From positions 1 to 52,378 of IMG/VR virus record IMGVR_UViG_3300032087_002048: a stretch of DNA of 52,378 bases, one strand, 5' to 3'. The stretch is from a virus. Taxonomy: Duplodnaviria > Caudoviricetes. Below the pieces are notes generated by a model. That model worked only from the letters and a program-made list of their open reading frames with translations. It made no database searches and was not told the DNA's origin. Of the stretch, positions 1 through 8,650 are shown piece after piece. Positions within the stretch are counted from its first letter, which is position 1. The number at the start of each line of letters is the position of its first letter. Both the position numbers and the translations under genes were made by a program.

Positions 1-1
1 A

Positions 2-301
2 AACATCAAGGACACCGATGAACGCTTTGTGCTTAACAACCTAGCGTTTGCTTACAACCCTGCTTTCTTTAGAAGGTTCTGGTTCAAGTGGTTAGAGACT
101 ACAAGCATGTGGTCAAGCGGTTACGGTAGCTGTCCTGATGGTACGTTTGGTAAGAACAAGGTGGGTAAGGCATTGACAGAGATACTACCTCCACAAGAGC
201 AGGTAATATTCATGCCTGATGTATATCACAGGAAAGATATTGACCCAGTAGCTATAGCCAAGAAAGCTGTAGCAGAACAAATGCAAAAACAAGAAAGATG
301 A
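2..301 (+). CDS. Hypothetical protein, 5'-truncated by the window edge
   Basis: Frame is open from the window start (NIKDTDERFVLNNL...). Its stop overlaps the next ATG (ATGA at 298-301). Confidence 0.6.
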   Translation, partial: NIKDTDERFVLNNLAFAYNPAFFRRFWFKWLETTSMWSSGYGSCPDGTFGKNKVGKALTEILPPQEQVIFMPDVYHRKDIDPVAIAKKAVAEQMQKQER

Positions 302-786
302 GACAAAAAGCAAGATTCTCAGTAGAGATTGAGTACGATACAGACGATAAAGGCATGGACACAGAGAATATAAAGATTATCGAATGTGATGCCGAAGGTG
401 ATTACAAAGGCTTAACCTTAGCCCTTACAACAGGGTTAGCGTTTGCAAGCGTAAAGGGTAGAAACCCTAAAGAAATCTTTGCAGAGAAGTTGAGACTATT
501 GCGCTCAACAGGCTCTGCTTTGATGAACATGATTCAAATCGTAAAACGACAAGGCGAATTGAATGGAGAACTAGAAGGTGACCTTGAAGAAGGATTGGCT
601 GCTGCTATTAAGCACACAATCAATCTAATCTCAATGGGTATAGGTAATATACTAGGGGTTACTAACGAATATGTTGAAGAACTCAACAAGGAATATACAG
701 ATGCAGTTAACGACAATAAAAAAGACAACGATGGGAAAGATGGACAAAAAGGAACTGGACAGTCTTCTTACGAAGATTTCCTCTAA
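298..786 (+). CDS. Hypothetical protein with acidic C-terminus (...YEDFL)
   Basis: 162-aa ORF, ATGA-coupled to the upstream gene. Confidence 0.7.
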   Translation: MRQKARFSVEIEYDTDDKGMDTENIKIIECDAEGDYKGLTLALTTGLAFASVKGRNPKEIFAEKLRLLRSTGSALMNMIQIVKRQGELNGELEGDLEEGLAAAIKHTINLISMGIGNILGVTNEYVEELNKEYTDAVNDNKKDNDGKDGQKGTGQSSYEDFL

Positions 787-1093
787 GGCTCAACAAGAGC
801 AAGCAGGTTATGACTATGCAGGGTATGGTAAAATATCAGACCTTAAGCTAACACCAGAGCAGTTGAAATCTGCTGTGGATATTATGTGGGGCATCTGCAT
901 GGAAATGGACAAGGACACTAGAGATAGGGATTACCTATTCGGTGGTGGACTTATTAAGTCTAAGGATATATTCCTGTCTCAAAAGGAGAAAGACGTAAAG
1001 ATACCAAAGGACAAAGAGGAAAAGTTTCGTGAGAAATTAGAGAACATGAGACCTTTGGTAGAGTTTTTAATCAAGTTAAAAGAAATAATCTAA
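740..1093 (+). CDS. Hypothetical protein
   Basis: The track start at 671 is TTG; ATG at 740 (MDKKEL) or 731 is more plausible. TAATG coupling to the next gene. Confidence 0.65.
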   Translation: MDKKELDSLLTKISSKAQQEQAGYDYAGYGKISDLKLTPEQLKSAVDIMWGICMEMDKDTRDRDYLFGGGLIKSKDIFLSQKEKDVKIPKDKEEKFREKLENMRPLVEFLIKLKEII

Positions 1094-1587
1094 TGACTAA
1101 GACACAGGCAGAGGCACGAGCGGTATTTACTGATACCTTTATGCAACGTATATTAGACAAACAAACCACTCTCATGGATATTTGGATGGACGCTATGAAA
1201 ACGTCACCTGTAAGGGAGATAATGATTGTTAAGCAACGAAATACAGAAACTGATAGGACAGAGATTGTTGAAAAGTCTGTGCTTAGGCGTGGCTATAAGA
1301 TACAGTACACAGAAAAGACAGGTCTATATGAACTGTTCCGTACTAACACATCTGACTACTACAAGCATGCATCTAACGCAGAGATAGCTTTGTTTGAAAG
1401 GAAGGGATGGCTTGCAGCCGTTGACACACAACAGATAGCTAGAGACAAAATGCGTTTGGCTAAGTATAACAAGAAGATTGACAATGCAAACGAACAACGC
1501 AACGATTCTCTTATGACACATTGGCGTAGACGTAGGTTAGAGTTAATCGATAACATTTCCTCTATTGAGGAGAAATTAAATTCATAA
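1093..1587 (+). CDS. Hypothetical protein
   Basis: 164-aa ORF, coupled start, helical C-terminus. Confidence 0.7.
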   Translation: MTKTQAEARAVFTDTFMQRILDKQTTLMDIWMDAMKTSPVREIMIVKQRNTETDRTEIVEKSVLRRGYKIQYTEKTGLYELFRTNTSDYYKHASNAEIALFERKGWLAAVDTQQIARDKMRLAKYNKKIDNANEQRNDSLMTHWRRRRLELIDNISSIEEKLNS

Positions 1588-1589
1588 TC

Positions 1590-1802
1590 ATGGAAAAATT
1601 ATATTTAGTATTTTGGGAAGGCGATGGCTGTAGTAGAGAATCAGCAAGCGCATATTACACGGAAGTAGTTGAAGCAACTTCAAAAGCAGAAGCAATAGGT
1701 AAGGTTCTACCTTATGTTGAGAAAGACTTTGAAAGCGAGGAACAATACAAAGAGGAACTGGCTGATTGGTCAGCAGAATTGGTTAGAAAAATAATTAGAT
1801 AA
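1590..1802 (+). CDS. Small acidic hypothetical protein
   Basis: 70-aa ORF in operon spacing. Confidence 0.65.
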   Translation: MEKLYLVFWEGDGCSRESASAYYTEVVEATSKAEAIGKVLPYVEKDFESEEQYKEELADWSAELVRKIIR

Positions 1803-1819
1803 TTAACGAATCCAAGCGA

Positions 1820-1851
1820 TTTGGAAATTAGAATAATAATCCGTACATTTG
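1820..1851 (+). promoter_or_regulatory. Bacteroidota primary-sigma promoter
   Basis: TTTG 1820-1823, 20-nt spacer, TACATTTG 1844-1851. Matches the -33/-7 consensus TTTG-N19-21-TAnnTTTG. Confidence 0.8.
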
Positions 1852-1869
1852 TACACTAAATCAAATATT

Positions 1870-2223
1870 ATGCAAATAAAAAAACTTCAAATACCAGATG
1901 ATATGGCTGAACACTTAGGTGTGGATAAAGCCAAGACTGATGCTAAACTAGCAGCAATCGTAGAATCTAAGAAAGGTCTAACTGTAGATGAAATCTTAGA
2001 CAGTAAGAAAATGTGTGATGACTACAAGGATTTTACACATGGTGAAATGGTAGCATTATTTATGGACTCTGCGTCAGAGGCAGGTTACCTTAGATATAAG
2101 ATGGAGAGACTCCTTGATTCTGGTATTGTAGACCCCGAAGAATTAATTGAATTTATGGAACAGGGTAATCCTGATACAGATTTACTAGGCGATATATTTG
2201 GTTCACCAAAAGATTTTCTTTAA
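1870..2223 (+). CDS. Hypothetical protein (...PKDFL)
   Basis: ATG at 1870 lies downstream of the promoter; the track's TTG start falls inside the -7 box. Confidence 0.7.
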   Translation: MQIKKLQIPDDMAEHLGVDKAKTDAKLAAIVESKKGLTVDEILDSKKMCDDYKDFTHGEMVALFMDSASEAGYLRYKMERLLDSGIVDPEELIEFMEQGNPDTDLLGDIFGSPKDFL

Positions 2224-2239
2224 CCCTTAAAAATAACAA

Positions 2240-2869
2240 ATGGCAAACAAGTTAAACATTAGACAAAAACTGTCTAAAATCCAACAAGAAATTAAAGTAA
2301 ACAAAAGCCAATACAATGCTTTTGGTAAGTATTACTACCGTTCAGCAGAGGATATATTAGAAGCTATCAAGCCTTACGAACTTAAGTATGATGTACTGTT
2401 TACAGTAAATGATACTATGATTCCTATTGTTGAAGCAGTGGATACTCCATTGGTATATATACAATCATTGGCTACTATAATGGACTGCGAGACAGAGGAA
2501 AGTTTATCTGTAAGTGGTCAAGCATTAATTGACTTTCAAGCTAAGGGTATGCAAATGCCACAACGTACAGGGGCAGCGAGTAGCTATGCTAAGAAGTATG
2601 CATTAGGTAACCTGTTGCTATTGGATGACACCAAAGACCCTGATGGCACTAACACACATGGTAAGGACTTAGCAAAAGCACCTGCCAAGCCTGCAACTGC
2701 GAGACTTAAGGCTATGACACCAGAAGAAGCCAAAAAGTTTAATACGGCTATTGCAGAAGGTAAATTTGCACAGGTAGAGAAATACCTACCCAAGTATGCA
2801 GATAGTATGGTTAAAGAAGATGTTCTAAAGGCATTAGCTGACGCTAAATCAGGTATACTAAAAAAGTAA
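2240..2869 (+). CDS. ERF-family single-strand annealing protein
   Basis: N-terminal YNAFGKYYYRSAEDIL and the ERF signature Q-x-TGAASSYAKKYAL...DDTKDPD. Confidence 0.85.
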   Translation: MANKLNIRQKLSKIQQEIKVNKSQYNAFGKYYYRSAEDILEAIKPYELKYDVLFTVNDTMIPIVEAVDTPLVYIQSLATIMDCETEESLSVSGQALIDFQAKGMQMPQRTGAASSYAKKYALGNLLLLDDTKDPDGTNTHGKDLAKAPAKPATARLKAMTPEEAKKFNTAIAEGKFAQVEKYLPKYADSMVKEDVLKALADAKSGILKK

Positions 2870-2874
2870 TAGAT

Positions 2875-3645
2875 ATGGAAGAACATGATGAGATTATAGA
2901 ACTCCTACGTGATGATGCTAACTATTTCGGTGAACTAGGGAGTAGGTTCATATCTAATTCAGACATTAATGTGCTATGTAATAACCCAGACCTATATGGT
3001 AAGATACAGTATGATGACAATGCTGATTACCTTAAGGGTAAATGGCTACACCTTAGAGTTCTTGAACCTGATAATGTAGACAGTATGATTGTTGTTGATG
3101 CAACTACCAGAAACACAACAGCTTATAAGGAAATTGTAGAAAAGCATACTATTGATGGCTTTCCAAAACCTATGTTTCTCTTGAAGAAAGAGATTGTAGA
3201 GTTGGAAGGTCTTGCACGTAAGGTGGAACTTAACCCTGACTTTCGTGAGGGTCTTCAAGACCATAGGAAACCGTTTGAGGTAGAAGAACCAATGATAGGC
3301 GAACTGTTTGGTTACCAATTTAAAGGTAAGGCTGACAGGATTAATAACACTCTTGGGTTTGTGGCTGATTTTAAAACAACTAGGTCACTCTCACAATTCA
3401 AGAAGAACTTTAAACAATATGGTTATCACACACAGGCTTACATATATCAAGAACTGTTTGGGATGCCTGTAAGGTTCTATGTTATTGACAAATCTAATGG
3501 AAGACTAGGCATATATGATGTAAGCCCTGAGACCCTGCAACAGGCTGAGGAGCGTGTTAAGTGGGGCTTAGAGAAGTTAGAAATGTACTACGGTCAAACC
3601 CCTACAGAAAATGTAGAACAATATTACGAATATTTAGAACTTTAA
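2875..3645 (+). CDS. PD-(D/E)XK exonuclease, RecE/ExoVIII-like (DUF3799-type)
   Basis: ISNSD, H-x-x-VLEP, FKGKAD...DFKTT and YGYHTQAYIY motifs; adjacent to ERF. Confidence 0.8.
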   Translation: MEEHDEIIELLRDDANYFGELGSRFISNSDINVLCNNPDLYGKIQYDDNADYLKGKWLHLRVLEPDNVDSMIVVDATTRNTTAYKEIVEKHTIDGFPKPMFLLKKEIVELEGLARKVELNPDFREGLQDHRKPFEVEEPMIGELFGYQFKGKADRINNTLGFVADFKTTRSLSQFKKNFKQYGYHTQAYIYQELFGMPVRFYVIDKSNGRLGIYDVSPETLQQAEERVKWGLEKLEMYYGQTPTENVEQYYEYLEL

Positions 3646-3669
3646 TATTAATTTAATCCAAATTCAATT

Positions 3670-4164
3670 ATGAGAAATTTAATGATGGCAGTAGCTTTAC
3701 TGTTTGCCACAGTGACATTTGCACAAACATGGGAAACTGTAACCTACAAAGATGATTTTGGAGACCCTACAGGAGAAAAAGCATTACGTTTAATAACTAC
3801 AGGGCTATTCTCAAATAGCGCAACTAGTAATTCTAAAACGGCTGCTAAGGTTGTAGTTGATTTTGACTATGAAAATATCGAAACAAACCTTAAAGGAAGT
3901 TTAGATGTATATGACTATGCCACACCACCTGCTGCAACACTAACATACACAAGCGCACATGGAACTATCAAAGTTAAAAGAGAAGATGGAACTGTTGAGC
4001 ATTATAAAGTGTTTGCAAGTGAAAATGGAGGGATGTACTTCTATCAAGATTTCTTAGACTTACTAATGCAAGGTCATCGTGAGAAAATCCAAGTTGTTAT
4101 TAGCGAAAGGAATTTTTCAAAGTATGGGAGTTCAATTTATGTATTCCCTTTATACACAAGATAA
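3670..4164 (+). CDS. Secreted/periplasmic protein
   Basis: Sec signal peptide ending TFA|Q with the +1 Gln typical of Bacteroidota; mature part starts QTWETVTYKDDFGD. Confidence 0.7.
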   Translation: MRNLMMAVALLFATVTFAQTWETVTYKDDFGDPTGEKALRLITTGLFSNSATSNSKTAAKVVVDFDYENIETNLKGSLDVYDYATPPAATLTYTSAHGTIKVKREDGTVEHYKVFASENGGMYFYQDFLDLLMQGHREKIQVVISERNFSKYGSSIYVFPLYTR

Positions 4165-4213
4165 GCTGCCGTAATGGTAGGGGCTATGCCCAAGTGATAA
4201 CCAAATCTATTTT

Positions 4214-4630
4214 ATGAGAAAGTGTTTAATTGTTTGCATGTTATTAGCAATGAAAGCTAATGCAAATGAGTACAAGGAAATTATTGAAGTGCTTAAGCAC
4301 GTAGAAACCAACAACCAACCCGAACTAATCGGGGATAATGGAGATAGCTACGGAGTATTGCAAATTCAATGGCGAGCGGTACAAGATGTAAACAGGTACT
4401 TTGGTACTAACTACACACATGACCAGATGTTTAGAGTCGAGTGTGCAGAGGAAGTAACAAGCCTGTACATGCAGATGGGAGCAGAATTGTACGAGAAACG
4501 TACAGGAAAGCAACCTACAGAGGAAATCCTTGTTAGAAATCACAACGGTGGTATCTACAGAGGTTACAAAGTTAAAGCAACACTTAATTATTATCAAAAG
4601 TACCTACGGTACAAATCTAAATTAAATTAA
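4214..4630 (+). CDS. Lysozyme-superfamily muramidase/transglycosylase (SLT or destabilase-like) with signal peptide
   Basis: Catalytic VET motif, IGDNGDSYGVLQI, and RNHNGG; N-terminal hydrophobic stretch with ANA cleavage motif. Confidence 0.7.
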   Translation: MRKCLIVCMLLAMKANANEYKEIIEVLKHVETNNQPELIGDNGDSYGVLQIQWRAVQDVNRYFGTNYTHDQMFRVECAEEVTSLYMQMGAELYEKRTGKQPTEEILVRNHNGGIYRGYKVKATLNYYQKYLRYKSKLN

Positions 4631-4633
4631 CGA

Positions 4634-4665
4634 TTTGCATATTACGAATTAGTGTCGTATATTTG
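4634..4665 (+). promoter_or_regulatory. Bacteroidota primary-sigma promoter
   Basis: TTTG 4634-4637, 20-nt spacer, TATATTTG 4658-4665. Confidence 0.8.
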
Positions 4666-4689
4666 CAGTCTAAAACAAATTTAAAAGTT

Positions 4690-5028
4690 ATGAGTGATTT
4701 AAAAGTGACTGGCACAATAACCAGAATTATGGACATCGTAACAGGAGAATCCGCAAACGGTGCATGGTCGAAAGTAGTTTTCGCCATTGAAACAGATGGT
4801 GAATATCCTAAGACGGTAGCGTTCACAATCTTTGGTGCTGATAAGGTAGACAAATTCCTTAAGTACAACAAAGTAGGAAAAAAGGTAGAGGTTTCCTTCG
4901 ATGTGAAAAGTCGTGAGTACGACGACAAATTCTTTACTGACTTAAATGCTTGGAAAGTGTGGGGTCTTGAAGGTCAAGAGGCTGCAGTACCTGCAGGTGA
5001 AGACGAAGAAGATGACCTGCCTTTCTAG
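4690..5028 (+). CDS. DUF3127 OB-fold SSB-like protein
   Basis: W-x-K...YPKTVAF...SREY...FTDLNAWK pattern and SSB-like tail EDEEDDLPF; ATG at 4690. Confidence 0.85.
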   Translation: MSDLKVTGTITRIMDIVTGESANGAWSKVVFAIETDGEYPKTVAFTIFGADKVDKFLKYNKVGKKVEVSFDVKSREYDDKFFTDLNAWKVWGLEGQEAAVPAGEDEEDDLPF

Positions 5029-5050
5029 GGTAATTCGTATCTTAATTAAT

Positions 5051-5079
5051 GACCCTCACTACTACGGTGGGGGTTTTTT
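5051..5079 (+). terminator. Intrinsic terminator
   Basis: ACCCTCAC/GTGGGGGT hairpin followed by a T run. Confidence 0.75.
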
Positions 5080-5100
5080 AACCTCTAAATTCAACTTAAT

Positions 5101-5268
5101 ATGTTCAAAGTAAAACTAAAAGACGGCAGGTCTTATTCAGTAACAGAGGCACTTGCCGATTCAATGAGAGAAAACATTGAAAACAAAACAGACAAAGTGG
5201 TGTACCATGATAAACTTAATGGTTCATTTATGATTAAAACGTCTGACATACAATCAATAGAGTTATGA
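5101..5268 (+). CDS. 55-aa hypothetical protein (not in the ORF track)
   Basis: MFKVKLKDGRSYSVTE...IQSIEL; ATGA overlap with the next gene. Confidence 0.7.
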   Translation: MFKVKLKDGRSYSVTEALADSMRENIENKTDKVVYHDKLNGSFMIKTSDIQSIEL

Positions 5269-5885
5269 AATGTAAGATTTGTAAGAGCGAAACGGACGTT
5301 GTACACTTAATCAACAGAGTTGAAGTACATGTATGCGACCATTGCTCTAAGATAATCTTCTATAACGTAGCCAAGTCTGTAGCGTTCAATAAAACTATCT
5401 TCGACATAGGTGCTAAGAAAGAACGCAAGCCAGTTGAACAGCATCCTGAGATTGCTGCCGATGTACTAACGTACCTCTACACCGAACTACTTAAGCAAAG
5501 GGATGCGTTTACTCCTGATAAAGTTCCACAAGGTTATTTGGAATTGATATCTGCCAGAGTAAACTACGGACACACAGTTGAAGAACTGAAAGCTGTTGCT
5601 TATTTAAAGTACAAGGAATGGGTAAACGGTGAGAATGAGAAGTATCTAAGAGCAGATACTCTTTATAGACCTACGAACTTTAAGCGTTATCTGGCTGAGG
5701 TTGAGGTTAAGAAACCTAATTGGAAAGTTGTAAGTACAGCAGACCAAAAGAAAATAATCAAAGAACTGAACTCTTACGGTATAAGTGGAGCGACAGACGA
5801 AACAGATAAACTAGCCAAGAAGTTAATGGCTACAGGCTATACCAGAAAAGAATTTCTTAATAACTACTTAAAAGAAAAGATATGA
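5265..5885 (+). CDS. Zn-finger plus conserved phage C-terminal (Phg_2220_C-like) protein, putative replication initiator
   Basis: CxxC...CxxC N-terminus; ISAR...TVEELK.V...K...W...YLRADTLY...F..YL pattern. Confidence 0.7.
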   Translation: MKCKICKSETDVVHLINRVEVHVCDHCSKIIFYNVAKSVAFNKTIFDIGAKKERKPVEQHPEIAADVLTYLYTELLKQRDAFTPDKVPQGYLELISARVNYGHTVEELKAVAYLKYKEWVNGENEKYLRADTLYRPTNFKRYLAEVEVKKPNWKVVSTADQKKIIKELNSYGISGATDETDKLAKKLMATGYTRKEFLNNYLKEKI

Positions 5886-6355
5886 GTTACGATGACAACC
5901 CTTGTAGATTAGCTAACATTATTGTTAGAAAAGCATTCGCAGGTAAGACCGATAAAGCAGGTGTGCCTTACATTAATCACCTTGTAACAGTTGCACAAGG
6001 TGCAAGAGGATATATTTCTTATGGACATCAAGTTGATGACAAGGACATAGAATGCACAGCACTATTACATGACTTGCTTGAAGACTGCCCAGAATGGACA
6101 GAAGGTGCGCTTAGAACGCTGTTCAGCGAGACTGTGGTTGATGCTGTAGTAGCATTGACAAAGAAACCACAGAGCGAATCTTATAGAGAATACATACTAC
6201 GTGTAGCAGTCAATCCTTTAGCAAAGATTGTTAAGTTGGCTGACCTAAAACACAACATGGATATAACTCGTCAAAGGTCATTCAATGACGTAGACATTGA
6301 AAAACTACAGAAGTATCACCAAGCATATATAACCCTTAAAAATATCAATTCATAA
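5882..6355 (+). CDS. HD-domain hydrolase, SpoT/Mesh1-like (small alarmone hydrolase-like)
   Basis: PYINHL, ALLHDLLED, ALTK and VKLADLKHN motifs. Confidence 0.8.
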   Translation: MSYDDNPCRLANIIVRKAFAGKTDKAGVPYINHLVTVAQGARGYISYGHQVDDKDIECTALLHDLLEDCPEWTEGALRTLFSETVVDAVVALTKKPQSESYREYILRVAVNPLAKIVKLADLKHNMDITRQRSFNDVDIEKLQKYHQAYITLKNINS

Positions 6356-8310
6356 TGAACGTAAGCGTATTCCCAGACATTAAGAAAGTAACAAGACCTC
6401 CTGCTAAAGTTAATGTAGATAAGGTGCTTGAACGAATCCGTACTGGCGAGAATGGCTTGAAGGAACTAATAGAAAGAATTAGGGTTGGTGATGGTAATCG
6501 TGAAGCACTTAAAAAAGAGTTAGGTGCGATTATCTTTGCAGGTTATTGTGGTAATGGGATAGAGAAAGTTAACAGGGCAACTGGTAATAAGTATCTATCC
6601 TATCGTGATGACCCCTCCCTTACAGAGCATAGTGGATTGTGTGTAATTGACTTAGACCATCTAACAGAGTTAGATAAGTGGAAGAAACACTTTATGACCG
6701 ATGAACACGTTTACTCTGTATTCGTTTCACCTAGTGGTGATGGTCTTAAAGTTATCTATCGCATACCTGCAGACATAGATATGCATAGAGCCTATTATCG
6801 AGCAATCCTTGATGATTTGCAAGGATTAGGACTTAAAGTAGACAGCACCAGTGTTAATGAATCTCGTGTATGTTTTATAAGCTATGACGCTAATATTCAC
6901 ATAAATAAGCAAGCAACTCCCTATGAGAAATTCATGGTGGAGAATGAGAGTGATGCCGATGATGGTGCTATTAAGAAAGGCACAGGCTTAACTGATTTTG
7001 AAAAGATGTCCATCGCTGCAAAGATGATTGATGGTGCAAGGGATGGTCATAAACACCGTACCTTAATTAAGGCATCCTATTTAATGGGTGGCTATATTGC
7101 ATCCAAGTTTGTTAGAGAGGATGACGCACGTAAGATGTTGCGTGATAGGATTAAAGCTAAAAGTCCATCTGATTTGGAAATGGCTTACAATACTATTGAG
7201 GATGGCTTACAGGAAGGTAAGCACAAACCTATCTATGAGATTGAGCAGATAGAGAAGGAATTTAAAGTTCAGCTATTACGTGATAAGTACGAGAGCGAGG
7301 ACAGAGGGTTTACATTCTTGATTGACCGTAACGAGACTGACCGCAAGATGATGGATATTATCGTTAATGGTGTGCAGCAGGGTCTACCTATAGGTATTCC
7401 AGAACTAGATAAGCACTTTAGGTTGAAGGAGAATAACTTTTCTGTGTTTCTTGGACATGACAACGTTGGTAAATCTACCCTTGTATGGTGGTTATCTGCT
7501 GTTGCTAGTGCCAAGCATGGTTGGAAATGGCTTATCTATTCACCAGAAAACAAGATAGAAAAGATTAAGATAAATCTTATGGACTATGTTCTTGGCAAGA
7601 GCGTTAAAGAATGTAGCCAAGCCCAGTTACAACTGGCTCGTAAGTTTATTGATGAACATTTTTACTTTATTCGTAAGGATAAGATGTACAGTATATATGA
7701 CGTATTAGAATTTGGTAGGGTAATGATTGATAAAGACCCTGCTATTAAAGGATTTATGATTGACCCTTACAACTCGTTGATGATGGACTATAAAGAATAT
7801 GGTCAAGGGCTGTCAGGTTATGAGTATCACATGAAAGCAATATCTGCTATTCGTATTTTCTCTGAAACCCATTGTAGTGTGTATGTTAATGCTCACTCGG
7901 TTACAGAATCAAGACGTATGAAGATAGACGATAACGGTGATATTCCACGTCCATTCAAAGCACACATTGATGGTGGTGCTATGTGGGGTAACCGATGTGA
8001 TGACTTTTTTGTTATCCATAGACAGGTTAAGAACCCTGAGACATGGATGATTACGCAGTTGCATGTTGATAAAGTTAAAGACACCGATGAAGGTGGCGAA
8101 GTAACGAGAGGTGAAGACGAGGCTGTTGAATTGCAATTTTGGCATAAGGCAGACTTTGTTGACCCTGAGACTAGGAAAAGCCCACTTGCGGAATGGAGGC
8201 TTAAATTCTTCAAAGTGGGAACACAAAAAACAATGGTACTTGATGACCTTCCATCAGGTGACACTATGACTGGTGACCTTCCATTAGGTGACCCTAACAC
8301 AGCATTTTAA
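6355..8310 (+). CDS. Primase-helicase: VirE_N/BT4734-like primase domain fused to an SF4 (DnaB/Twinkle-like) helicase
   Basis: SGLCVIDLD, FVSPSGDGLK and SRVCFISYD in the N-terminal half; Walker A GHDNVGKS, Walker B FMIDPYN, and NAH, IHR, KVK motifs. Confidence 0.85.
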   Translation: MNVSVFPDIKKVTRPPAKVNVDKVLERIRTGENGLKELIERIRVGDGNREALKKELGAIIFAGYCGNGIEKVNRATGNKYLSYRDDPSLTEHSGLCVIDLDHLTELDKWKKHFMTDEHVYSVFVSPSGDGLKVIYRIPADIDMHRAYYRAILDDLQGLGLKVDSTSVNESRVCFISYDANIHINKQATPYEKFMVENESDADDGAIKKGTGLTDFEKMSIAAKMIDGARDGHKHRTLIKASYLMGGYIASKFVREDDARKMLRDRIKAKSPSDLEMAYNTIEDGLQEGKHKPIYEIEQIEKEFKVQLLRDKYESEDRGFTFLIDRNETDRKMMDIIVNGVQQGLPIGIPELDKHFRLKENNFSVFLGHDNVGKSTLVWWLSAVASAKHGWKWLIYSPENKIEKIKINLMDYVLGKSVKECSQAQLQLARKFIDEHFYFIRKDKMYSIYDVLEFGRVMIDKDPAIKGFMIDPYNSLMMDYKEYGQGLSGYEYHMKAISAIRIFSETHCSVYVNAHSVTESRRMKIDDNGDIPRPFKAHIDGGAMWGNRCDDFFVIHRQVKNPETWMITQLHVDKVKDTDEGGEVTRGEDEAVELQFWHKADFVDPETRKSPLAEWRLKFFKVGTQKTMVLDDLPSGDTMTGDLPLGDPNTAF

Positions 8311-8321
8311 AAGTAAGAGAT

Positions 8322-8528
8322 ATGAAAGACCACGAAAAGTATGCGGAGGAAGTAAAGAATGACATTAAAAATATCCCTTTGTGTGGGGTAGATGACTTAG
8401 CAATCTATGTAATTCAAAAGCAGATAGATTTAGTGGATGAAATATCAGTACAATCAATGGCAGAGGTTGTGGTTAGAAAACATAAGCTACTTACAAAAGC
8501 AATAGAACACCTAAAACAGAAGATATGA
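8322..8528 (+). CDS. Mini-gene A (68 aa), paralog of 8647-8928
   Basis: Starts MKDHEKYAEEV, ends KAIEHLKQKI. Confidence 0.75.
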   Translation: MKDHEKYAEEVKNDIKNIPLCGVDDLAIYVIQKQIDLVDEISVQSMAEVVVRKHKLLTKAIEHLKQKI

Positions 8529-8650
8529 ATGCAGAAGATATTATTTGTCCACATTGCGGTTATTACTGCTTAGGAAATGGAGGAATATTTTGTATAGACA
8601 AACCATTTTTTGTACAACAAGAACTAGAACACCTAAAGACAAAGATATGA
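8525..8650 (+). CDS. Mini-gene B, 41-aa Cys-rich protein (not in the ORF track)
   Basis: MNAEDIICPHCGYYCLGNGGIFCIDKPFFVQQELEHLKTKI; ATGA-coupled at both ends. Confidence 0.75.
   Translation: MNAEDIICPHCGYYCLGNGGIFCIDKPFFVQQELEHLKTKI

Noticed and set aside
8545-8646. N-terminal extension of the track ORF 8545-8928
   Set aside because: TTG start in a shadow frame of the coupled 41-aa gene. The real start is ATG 8647, matching the paralog.
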